From positions 3,150,001-3,182,000 of the forward strand of contig CP001848.1 in the NCBI GenBank assembly GCA_000025185.1: a DNA stretch of 32,000 nt, written 5' to 3'. The DNA comes from Pirellula staleyi DSM 6068. Its GTDB lineage: Bacteria; Planctomycetota; Planctomycetia; Pirellulales; Pirellulaceae. Under the pieces are notes generated by a model. The model was given only the letters and a program-made list of their open reading frames with translations. It was not told where the DNA came from and searched no databases. Shown here piece after piece: positions 16,382-23,896 of this stretch (position 1 is its first letter; each line of letters starts with the position of its first letter). Made by a program: the position numbers and the translations under genes.

Positions 16382-18703
16382 ATGCGACTGACCCTTCGAA
16401 CCTTGCTCGCCTATCTCGATAACGTGCTCGAACCGGCTGATGCCGAGGCACTCCGCAAAAAAATCGAGGAAAGTGAATTCGCCGCTGGCCTGGTTTCTCG
16501 CATCAAAAATGTGATTACCAAGGCCCGGATGAACGCGCCTAAGGTGGAGGCTAAGGGGCTCGCCGAAGATGCAAATAATGTGGCCGATTATCTCGACAGT
16601 ACGCTCACTCCCGAGCGGGTTGGCGATTTCGAACGCTACTGCCTGGAAGGGGATGTGCATCTCGCCGAAGTTGCGGCCTGCCATCACATTCTGACACTCG
16701 TGCTGGGAAAACCAGCCGACGTTTCGACCGGGCTGCGTGAGCGAATCTACGGCCTCCCCAGTGCACCAACCCCCGAGCCCAAATCGACAGTCACCCCGGT
16801 CGAGCAGGCAGTGGCAGAAGCTGCCGCGAGCAATGGTCACGAAACCTTGGCACCAGCCGTGTCGGCTGCTGTTTCGGCATCGTCGGCCAACACCGATCTT
16901 CCTACGGGCGAAGCTACGCCCAAGCCGGCAACTGCTGCGATTCCTGCGGCGGAAGTCCCCGACTACCTACGAGCCGCTCAGCCGCGACGTTCGTTTTGGC
17001 CAATCGCCATCACGGCGATTGCCGCTCTCGTGCTACTCGTACTCGGCCTTCGTGCGATGGGACCGCTCGACAAAACGCATCCGCTTTTTGGTGGCGGCAA
17101 ACCTGTCGCGGAAGTCGTTCCTCCCGGCAATGACGAGGTGCCAGCCGATCCAGTGTTGAAGGTCGATGAGAACGGCGATCAGCCGACCGACGCGGGGGAC
17201 GGTTCAGCGACAGTTCCAGGGGCAGAAGTTGTCCCAGGGGATGTCCCTGCCGTTCCAGGGGATGCGTTGCCAATTGTTTCGATTCCGGGTGAAGAACCAG
17301 CTGAAATGCCGGCCGAAAATCCAGGAGCTAATCCAGGAGCACCGGCCCCTGCTGAGCCGGGAGATATGCCTGCTGAGAATCCTGCCACCACTCTGCCCGC
17401 TGATCCTGGAAGTGGCACACCCGCTCCGGAAGAACCGGTTATTCCTGGCGTCACAGAGCCTGCGCCGGAAGTTCCTGGCGAGCCAGTACCAGCGGCGGGA
17501 GAAAAAGATCTCGGTCGATTTTTGTCCGACACGCAAATCCTTGCCCGACAAGATCCCGAGACTTTGCTCTGGTATCGCACACCACCTCGCACGGTGCTGC
17601 AAGCAGGGGATCGAGTTGCGTCGCTTCCCACTTACCGGCCCCAAGTCGCACTCGCTTCGGGTGTGCAACTGACCTTCGCTGGCGAAGGTGCCCTGACTCT
17701 CGTTCCACCGATGGAAGCGGGCAATTCGCGGGTTGCGATTGAATATGGGCGATTCCTCGCTGTTACCAACGGCGCGATGGGTGCCAAACTCGAAGTGATC
17801 ACCGCCGGTGCTCGCGGCGTGCTGACGCTCAGCGATGCCGATGCTGTCGCCTCGATCGAAGTTCGCCCCTACTTGGCTCCTGGCACCGATCCTGAAGTCG
17901 GGCCCGTCATCTTGGTGGTGGATGTGTTTGCCAGCAGCGGACGCGTGGTGTGGCAGATCGAGGGGGCGGAACCAATCGAAATTCCGCCGCATCATGTCGT
18001 CACTGACTTAGGAAACGGCGAAGTCGAGCAGAATGGTCCGTTTGAGAACCCAGCGTGGGTCGATGCGAGTAGCACCTCGGAACTCGACCGACTGAATGCC
18101 GATCTACTCGAGCGGCTGATCCCGGGGGATAAGCCCCTCGATGTTTCACTGAAAGAACTCACCTCGCATCGACGCATTGAAGTGCAGTCGCTGGCTGGCC
18201 GCTCGCTCGCCTCGATGGGGAGCTTCGAATCGATCCTGCGAATGCTGGGAGATGAACGTCACCACTCGTTTTGGGCCGGTGAAGTCGAAACGCTCAGGCA
18301 GTCGCTGGCTCGGAGCAAAGATTCGGCCGTTCTGCTCCGTCAGGCCATTGTCGCCACCATGCCCGCGATTGCGACGGAAGTCGACCGACTCTTGTGGGGC
18401 TACAGCCGCGAGCAATTGGTCGCGGGAGATGCCGCAGTGATGGTGAAGTTGCTCGAGAGCGACGCTATGGAGGTGCGAGTCATCACGCTCGATAACTTGC
18501 GTACGATCACCGGCGCGATGCACCTCTATATGCCGCAAAAGAAGGCCGACGGAAATCGGCTGTCCATTCAGAAGTGGAAAGAACGACTCGAAGGTGGAGC
18601 AATCGACTACCGCACCCCGCCTTCGCCCCTGTTTCCTTACGAACCCCTCAAAGGGGTCGATCCGAAGGGATTACCTGCAAAACCGGCAGGAGCCAAGTCG
18701 TAG
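16382..18703 (+). CDS. Large single-pass membrane protein with an anti-sigma-like N-terminal domain, TM, Pro/Glu/Ala/Gly-rich linker, FecR-like segment and C-terminal HEAT-like repeats
   Basis: The start is chosen at ATG 16382 (MRLTLRTLLAYLDNVLEPADAEALRKKIEESEF...). The TM segment is FWPIAITAIAALVLLVLGL. The low-complexity stretch at 17106-17500 reads VPGAEVVPGDVPAVPGD...PAEMPAENPGANPGAPAPAEPGDMPAENP. The segment WYRTPPRTVLQAGDRVASLPTYRPQVALASGVQLTFAGEGALTLV resembles FecR domains. The HEAT-like tail reads LLESDAMEVRVITLDNLRTITG. The coding call is solid but the domain labels are tentative. Confidence 0.6.
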   Translation: MRLTLRTLLAYLDNVLEPADAEALRKKIEESEFAAGLVSRIKNVITKARMNAPKVEAKGLAEDANNVADYLDSTLTPERVGDFERYCLEGDVHLAEVAACHHILTLVLGKPADVSTGLRERIYGLPSAPTPEPKSTVTPVEQAVAEAAASNGHETLAPAVSAAVSASSANTDLPTGEATPKPATAAIPAAEVPDYLRAAQPRRSFWPIAITAIAALVLLVLGLRAMGPLDKTHPLFGGGKPVAEVVPPGNDEVPADPVLKVDENGDQPTDAGDGSATVPGAEVVPGDVPAVPGDALPIVSIPGEEPAEMPAENPGANPGAPAPAEPGDMPAENPATTLPADPGSGTPAPEEPVIPGVTEPAPEVPGEPVPAAGEKDLGRFLSDTQILARQDPETLLWYRTPPRTVLQAGDRVASLPTYRPQVALASGVQLTFAGEGALTLVPPMEAGNSRVAIEYGRFLAVTNGAMGAKLEVITAGARGVLTLSDADAVASIEVRPYLAPGTDPEVGPVILVVDVFASSGRVVWQIEGAEPIEIPPHHVVTDLGNGEVEQNGPFENPAWVDASSTSELDRLNADLLERLIPGDKPLDVSLKELTSHRRIEVQSLAGRSLASMGSFESILRMLGDERHHSFWAGEVETLRQSLARSKDSAVLLRQAIVATMPAIATEVDRLLWGYSREQLVAGDAAVMVKLLESDAMEVRVITLDNLRTITGAMHLYMPQKKADGNRLSIQKWKERLEGGAIDYRTPPSPLFPYEPLKGVDPKGLPAKPAGAKS

Positions 18704-19175
18704 TGTTTTGGGGGAATCTTTTTTGGGCAAATCTTTTTCCCAGTTTGCCCGATCCTCACCATTCTCCCACCCTTTCGCCTGAGGGGGGAGAAGTTAGACT
18801 GAGCCTGAGCGGCACAAGTCGTAAGTGGCTGGAATTTCAAGTCCTTCCACATCGGCTTGGCCGAAGAACGCAAGTGAGGACGCAGCGGCTCCATTCATCC
18901 ACTCATCGGGGGTGAGCATGGTGCCAGCCAAACTTCCCGCGATCGGGCCCAGTTATCAATTCTGGCCGTCCGCTGGAAGCACAAGGTAGACTTCCTCGCG
19001 CGAATGAACGGCGATTGCTACAGGGCGATGATCGACTGCCTTAGGTATGGCTTAAGGTGGTGTGATCTCCCGCTCACCGGGGCAGCCCCATAGCCTGGCG
19101 GCGGCTCGAGTCGTAGCATGGAGTCGGTCTCGCTTGTCGCTCCACTTGTCGCAATTACAGCTGGGAGAATCATCG

Positions 19176-19520
19176 GTGCAAATCAACATTGCCGCCCGTC
19201 ATGGTCATTTGAGCGAAGGAACGCAGGAGCGTATCGCTGAAAAAGTCGAAGTGGTGCGGCGATTTTTCGATCGCATTACCGGCATCAACGTGACTGTCGA
19301 TCCCGAGCATCGCGTCGAACATCATCAGGCGAGTTGGGTAGAATTGCGTGTGACGCTCGAGCATCACGACGACCTGATTGCTGTCTGCGAGGCGGATACT
19401 ACCCTTGCGGCACTCGACGGCGTAATCGATAAGATGGAAGCACAGCTTCGCAAACACAAAGAGCGTTTGAAAGAGCACCGAGCCACGAGCCACAAGCATA
19501 TCGAGCCTCCCACCGAATAA
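19176..19520 (+). CDS. hpf: Ribosome hibernation promoting factor (short HPF / RaiA family)
   Basis: The start is chosen at the in-frame GTG 19176, preceded by gggaga. VQINIAARHGHLSEGTQERIAEKVEVVRRFFDRI...DTTLAALDGVIDKMEAQLRKHKERLKEHR has the HPF/sigma-54-modulation-protein pattern. The long ORF start at 19062 adds an unconserved extension. Confidence 0.85.
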   Translation: MQINIAARHGHLSEGTQERIAEKVEVVRRFFDRITGINVTVDPEHRVEHHQASWVELRVTLEHHDDLIAVCEADTTLAALDGVIDKMEAQLRKHKERLKEHRATSHKHIEPPTE

Positions 19521-19722
19521 CGGTTGCCGTTGCCTCGCTAGATCCTGGTATGTAGCGGGTACCGAACGGGCGAGATGTGCTGGCTCAGGGACGTGCGACT
19601 CATATGCCGACTGGATTTGGTTCGATACGACTACGGATGCGTATCGTTGCCCCGGTTGGCTTGCATGTTGTCCCTTGGGCGACTTGTCGAGTCGGTCCGG
19701 CGAGGCAATATTGGCCCAGCGG

Positions 19723-19747
19723 ATGATTGATGACTCAATGATTGATG
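19723..19747. repeat. Direct repeat ATGATTGATG x2 (5-nt spacer) in the hpf-ptsN spacer, with a degenerate third copy TGATTCGATG at 19793-19802
   Basis: Read directly from ggATGATTGATGactcaATGATTGATGggtgat. The copies are at 19723-19732 and 19738-19747. Confidence 0.6.
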
Positions 19748-19922
19748 GGTGATATCTGGCGGGCCGAGGATGGCGTTTCGGCTGGCCAGCTTTGATTCGA
19801 TGAATGGGTAGGGAATCGGTGGAGTCGTGAGAATGTTCGACTCCGAAGTATTTCAGTAAGCGAAAACCTGCCGCAACGGGAACTTGGGGTCCTGTTGCTC
19901 AGCCAGACCTGGGGAATGCGTT

Positions 19923-20399
19923 ATGAAGTTCGCGGATTTCGTGAGTGTCGGTTCGATCAAAGCCGATCTCGCTGCCGAAGACAAACCGGGCGTGATTCAA
20001 GAAATGGTCGGTTCGCTGGCCGCTGCCGGCGCGATTAAGGAATCGGAAGTCGAAGGCATTATCGCCGCCATCATGAAGCGTGAAGAACTCGGCAGCACCG
20101 GCATTGGTCGTGGTGTTGCAGTTCCTCACACCAAGCACCCTAGCGTCGAAAAATTGGTCGGCACGGTCGGTGTCAGCCATGCCGGCGTCGATTTCAACAG
20201 TCTCGACGGCGATAAGGTTCAGCTGTTCTTCCTTCTCATCTCGCCACCGGATCGCCCCGGCGACCATCTGCGAGCTCTGGAGAACATCTCGCGTCAGCTT
20301 CGCGACGACACGTTTTGTCGCTTCCTGAAGCAGGCCCGTAGCACGGTCGACATCCAGACGCTTCTGGATGAGGCTGATGTGAGCCAGTTTGGTAGCTAA
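19923..20399 (+). CDS. ptsN: PTS IIA-type nitrogen regulatory protein PtsN (EIIA-Ntr)
   Basis: The start is at ATG 19923 (MKFADFVSVGSIKADL...). The active-site region is STGIGRGVAVPHTK and the family tail is LFFLLISPPDRPGDHLRALENISRQL. It lies downstream of hpf, as in rpoN operons. Confidence 0.88.
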   Translation: MKFADFVSVGSIKADLAAEDKPGVIQEMVGSLAAAGAIKESEVEGIIAAIMKREELGSTGIGRGVAVPHTKHPSVEKLVGTVGVSHAGVDFNSLDGDKVQLFFLLISPPDRPGDHLRALENISRQLRDDTFCRFLKQARSTVDIQTLLDEADVSQFGS

Positions 20400-20682
20400 G
20401 CATCGCCCAGTTGTGGCGTTTTGCTTCCCCGTGTTGCACAGCTTGGTCCCTTGGGGGCCAGTCTCGCGTAACCAAGCTTTTGCGTGTGCAAGTGCTCTGT
20501 AGCAAACGCTTTAGGTGGTCTGTTGCCGGCGGCCACTGAAGCACCTGGGGGTTGAATCTCGCACCGAGCCTGTTTGCGAGGTAGGCTGAAGCTTTGAGTG
20601 GCGAGTGGGATAGTGATAGGCGTTTGCTGGCCAGGATTTACGTTTCGCAGTTTTTTCATCTTTGATACGACAGTGGCGGCCG

Positions 20683-20970
20683 ATGTCTGACCAAACCCTC
20701 GAGCGGAACGTGATGGTGACCAATCCGCAAGGGTTCCATCTGCGCCCTGCCAGCATGTTTGTGAAGCTCGCCTGCACCTTTCAGAGCAAAGTGGAAATTC
20801 TGAAGGGAAACGACCGATTCGACGGCAAAAGTAGCCTGGACTTGTTGACGCTGGGGGCAGGAAACGGTACGACTCTCACATTGCGTGTGAGTGGCGTCGA
20901 CGCTTCTGAAGCGATCGAGGCCCTGGCCGCACTCGTCGAATCTGGATTTGGCGAGAACAATCCGGGCTAA
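20683..20970 (+). CDS. ptsH: HPr family phosphocarrier protein (HPr/NPr)
   Basis: The start is at ATG 20683 (MSDQTLERNVMVTNPQGFHLRPASMFV). The active-site His lies in GFHLRPA, and a Ser46-like site is present in DGKSSLDLLTLGA. Its position after ptsN suggests the NPr (ptsO) paralogue. Confidence 0.88.
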   Translation: MSDQTLERNVMVTNPQGFHLRPASMFVKLACTFQSKVEILKGNDRFDGKSSLDLLTLGAGNGTTLTLRVSGVDASEAIEALAALVESGFGENNPG

Positions 20971-21582
20971 GCTCGCCCGTGCTTTTCTGTTCTCGCTGCC
21001 TCTCCAGCGTTCACCGCCGGGTAGTATCAGCCGCCGACATCGCCGCTTCTGGCAGTTTGTCGATCGGGTTCTGTTTGCCTGTTGGCTGTCGTCGACGATG
21101 TTTTCCGAACACAGGCTTTGCGTTCGTACTATCCGCACACCGAAACCGTTAACTGCCGCCAAGTTGTTGGCCAGAGTCGATTTCGCCCAGCACTCGTTGC
21201 GATGCCCCCACGAGAGAGGCTCCGAGTCTGTTTTGGGCTAGAGATCCTTTGCCGATTGGCTTGTCTCGGCAAAACTGCAGTGAGTTTGCATGTCGCGTCA
21301 TCCGGCCTATTGCTCAGCCGAATCTTCTAGCGGGTCTCTACTCGCCGCGCATCACTATCGCCACTGCTGGTCTCGATCTTCTTCGCCATCCATCGTGATG
21401 GCTTTGTGTATTGCCCGTTTTTTCTTCACCACGACTTCTGCGCTAGCCTGCCGCTGCTGCTCTTCAGCAAACTTCGCACGCCAACTGTGTGCCCGGCCGC
21501 TGGTCCTCTTGAAGTCGCACTTTGCCTGTCCCGTTTCACCGCAAAGGGTTGCAGGCGCATTCCGATGAAAGAAGTATCCCGC

Positions 21583-23196
21583 ATGAAAAGCGAAATGCTG
21601 ATCAATGTCTCGCAGCCCGAAGAGTGCCGCATTGCCATTATCGAAGATGGGCTGCTCGAAGAGCTCTATATCGAGCGTGCCAGTCAAGACAACTACGTGG
21701 GCAATATCTATCGCGGCCGAATCGTCAATCTCGAGCCGAGCATTCAAGCAGCGTTCGTCGATTTCGGTGTCGGTCGTAATGGATTTCTGCACATCAGCGA
21801 CGTCGAGCCACAGTACTTTCGCCAAGGTGGCTACGATCCAGCCGAGCAGATCGGTGGAGGCCGTTTGGCCGATATCGACACCGGCGAAGACGATGATGCG
21901 CCACGTCCCCAGCAGCGTCGCGAGCGACGCCCACCACGCGGCGGACGTCCACGTGTAAAGCCACCGATTCAAGAGATTTTTCGTCGTGGCGACGAAGTTC
22001 TCGTGCAAGTGATCAAGGAAGGGATTGGGACAAAAGGCCCGACTCTTTCGACCTATATCAGCATTCCAGGTCGCTACCTCGTGCTGATGCCAGCGCTCGG
22101 ACGCGTTGGTGTTTCGCGCAAGATTGAAGACGACGAACTCCGCCGCACACTGCGCGATACGCTTCTCGAACTTAACCCACCGAAGGGGCTTGGATTTATC
22201 GTTCGCACAGCAGGCCAAGATCGCACGAAGAAAGAGCTTTCGCGCGACATGGCTTACTTGCTTCGCCTTTGGAAAGTGATTGTGCGTCGCCTGAAGAAGA
22301 CCGCTGGCCCAGCCACGATCTACGAAGAGAGCGACATGATCATTCGTACGATCCGCGACATCTTCACCGCCGAGATCGACGCGATCTATATCGATCATCC
22401 CGAAGCATTCGAACGCGCAAAAGAGTTCTTGCAACTCGTGATGCCTCGTAACGTCAACCGGCTCCATCAGTACGAAGGTCGCGAACCTCTGTTCCACAAG
22501 TACAAAGTGGAGCAAGAGATTGTGCAGATCTATCAGCGCAAGGTTCCGCTGCGTGGGGGCGGTTCGATCGTGATCGATCAGACGGAAGCTCTGGTGGCGA
22601 TCGACGTGAACAGTGGTAACTTCCGCGCTGAAGACGATGCCGACGAGACGGCTTATCAGCTGAACATCAGTGCGGCGAAAGAGATTGCCCGCCAGCTTCG
22701 TCTGCGCGATCTCGGTGGTGTGATCGTAAACGACTTCATCGACATGCGTAAAGAGCGTCATCGTCGTGGTGTCGAGCGTGCCTTGCGGGATGCGATGCGC
22801 CGCGATCGGGCTCGCACCAAGATTTTGCGCACAAGCCCGTTTGGTCTGATCGAGATGACCCGTCAGCGCATTCGGCCTAGCCTAAAACGCAGTGTTTATG
22901 GCGATTGCCCATGCTGCAGTGGTCGTGGTGTTGTGAAGACAGCCGAGAGCATGGCAATCGAAGTAGTGCGCATGCTGATGCTCGCCAGCCAGCAGCCGAA
23001 CGTCAGCCGCGTGACGGTTCGGGTGAATTCCGAAGTTGCTTCGTACCTGAACAATAAGAAGCGTCGCGAGATCATGAAGCTGGAAGACGATGCCCAAATG
23101 GTCGTCCAGATTCTCAGCCACGAAGGTGCTTTCCCCGAGCATTTGCAGGTCGAATGCCGCGACAACGAAGGTCGCGAGCTCAATTTGCCCGCGTAA
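21583..23196 (+). CDS. rng: Rne/Rng family ribonuclease (RNase G-sized)
   Basis: The S1 domain is VGNIYRGRIVNLEPSIQAAFVDFGVGRNGFLHISDV. The catalytic core is GGSIVIDQTEALVAIDVNSG and VIVNDFIDM. The Zn-link is CPCCSGRG. An alternative start is ATG 21565. A basic/acidic insertion follows the S1 domain. Confidence 0.9.
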   Translation: MKSEMLINVSQPEECRIAIIEDGLLEELYIERASQDNYVGNIYRGRIVNLEPSIQAAFVDFGVGRNGFLHISDVEPQYFRQGGYDPAEQIGGGRLADIDTGEDDDAPRPQQRRERRPPRGGRPRVKPPIQEIFRRGDEVLVQVIKEGIGTKGPTLSTYISIPGRYLVLMPALGRVGVSRKIEDDELRRTLRDTLLELNPPKGLGFIVRTAGQDRTKKELSRDMAYLLRLWKVIVRRLKKTAGPATIYEESDMIIRTIRDIFTAEIDAIYIDHPEAFERAKEFLQLVMPRNVNRLHQYEGREPLFHKYKVEQEIVQIYQRKVPLRGGGSIVIDQTEALVAIDVNSGNFRAEDDADETAYQLNISAAKEIARQLRLRDLGGVIVNDFIDMRKERHRRGVERALRDAMRRDRARTKILRTSPFGLIEMTRQRIRPSLKRSVYGDCPCCSGRGVVKTAESMAIEVVRMLMLASQQPNVSRVTVRVNSEVASYLNNKKRREIMKLEDDAQMVVQILSHEGAFPEHLQVECRDNEGRELNLPA

Positions 23197-23225
23197 GGCT
23201 GTTTGCCGGATGTGTTGTAAGTGCT

Positions 23226-23249
23226 GTCGCTGCATTGTTTTGCAGCGAC
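23226..23249 (+). terminator. Stem-loop 30 nt after the rng stop (terminator-like, no U-tract)
   Basis: gtcgctgca (23226-23234) and tgcagcgac (23241-23249) are perfect complements (9 bp) with a 6-nt loop. The following sequence is not T-rich. Confidence 0.35.
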
Positions 23250-23420
23250 GGCAAGGCGGGACATCGCTCGCCTATCAATCAGGGCTGGGCGCTCGCCCTT
23301 TGTGCCGGTAAATTACTCGATTCGGTATTGCCGAAGAGAAGTCTTCATGCGCGACCTTAAGTCGCGTGCCGAAGCCGGTAATGCCCTCCGACTCCCAAGT
23401 TTTTAGATTCAAAGAAAACC

Positions 23421-23735
23421 ATGTACGCCATCATTGCCGAGAACGGACGTCAGTACAAAGTTGAAGAAGGCCAAGTATTCCAAATCGATCTGCGCGACGA
23501 TGTCGGCGCTGGTGATTCGGTGACTTTCAGCAAGGTGCTTCTCATCGGTGGTGGCGAAAAGCCAATCGTGGGTGTTCCTGTGGTCGAAGGTGCCAGCGTG
23601 ACCGCAGAAGTGGTCGCACAAGAGCTTGGCGACAAGATCTACATCCAAAAGTTCCGCCGCCGCAAGAACTATCGCCGCCGCACGGGCCATCGCCAGATGT
23701 ACACCCGCGTGAAGATCACCAAGATCTCGGTCTAG
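23421..23735 (+). CDS. rplU: 50S ribosomal protein L21
   Basis: MYAIIAENGRQYKVEEGQVFQIDL...KFRRRKNYRRRTGHRQMYTRVKITKI is canonical L21. Confidence 0.95.
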   Translation: MYAIIAENGRQYKVEEGQVFQIDLRDDVGAGDSVTFSKVLLIGGGEKPIVGVPVVEGASVTAEVVAQELGDKIYIQKFRRRKNYRRRTGHRQMYTRVKITKISV

Positions 23736-23763
23736 TTGATCGGTAGGGGCTTAAGACTACAAG

Positions 23764-23788
23764 CGAGGAAGCAGTTGCTGCTTCCTCG
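23764..23788 (+). terminator. Perfect 11-bp stem-loop in the convergent rplU / response-regulator spacer
   Basis: cgaggaagcag (23764-23774) and ctgcttcctcg (23778-23788) are perfect reverse complements with a 3-nt centre. It lies 29 nt after the rplU stop and has no clear U-tract. Confidence 0.45.
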
Positions 23789-23820
23789 TGGCAGATAGCT
23801 GTGGTCGCATGAATTCTGAA

Positions 23821-23844
23821 GAGCCGCACCATCTGTAGCGGCTC
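23821..23844 (-). terminator. Second stem-loop in the same spacer, a candidate terminator for the response-regulator gene
   Basis: gagccgc (23821-23827) pairs with gcggctc (23838-23844), giving a 7-bp stem and a 10-nt loop. On the minus strand it is followed by ttcagaattc. Confidence 0.35.
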
Positions 23845-23896
23845 CCGAGCTGAAAACACTTTCACTCTCTGCTGCGCGGGTGAACTTGCTCGCGGC

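Noticed and set aside
17106-17500. Repetitive-looking DNA (ccagg(g/a)g..., gccgaaaatcc / gctgagaatcc) that could be mistaken for a tandem repeat or array
   Set aside because: The region lies in frame inside the 782-aa CDS and encodes a Pro/Glu/Ala/Gly low-complexity linker. The repeats are short and imperfect and have no spacer/repeat periodicity, so it is neither a CRISPR array nor a non-coding VNTR.
19821-19844. gttcgactcc, resembling a tRNA/tmRNA T-arm, and ggttcgaa at 29470
   Set aside because: No acceptor, D or anticodon arms can be built around either site. At 19821 the stem encloses a 10-nt loop rather than the 7-nt T-loop. The 29470 site is half of an 18-bp palindrome. Neither is a tRNA or tmRNA.
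20891-21568. ORFs 20891..21241, 21082..21330 and 21290..21568 in the HPr-rng spacer as possible missing genes (for example hprK)
   Set aside because: Their Cys/Ser/Arg-rich compositions are unlike real proteins. They lack a Walker A or any HPr-kinase motif, and the first overlaps the HPr gene end. I treated the region as non-coding.
21355-22761. 468-aa ORF on the minus strand, the second-longest ORF in this part of the window
   Set aside because: It is exactly antisense to the strongly conserved RNase G/E gene. Its sequence has no recognisable motifs and mirrors the codon periodicity of the real gene, so it is a typical shadow ORF of GC-rich DNA.
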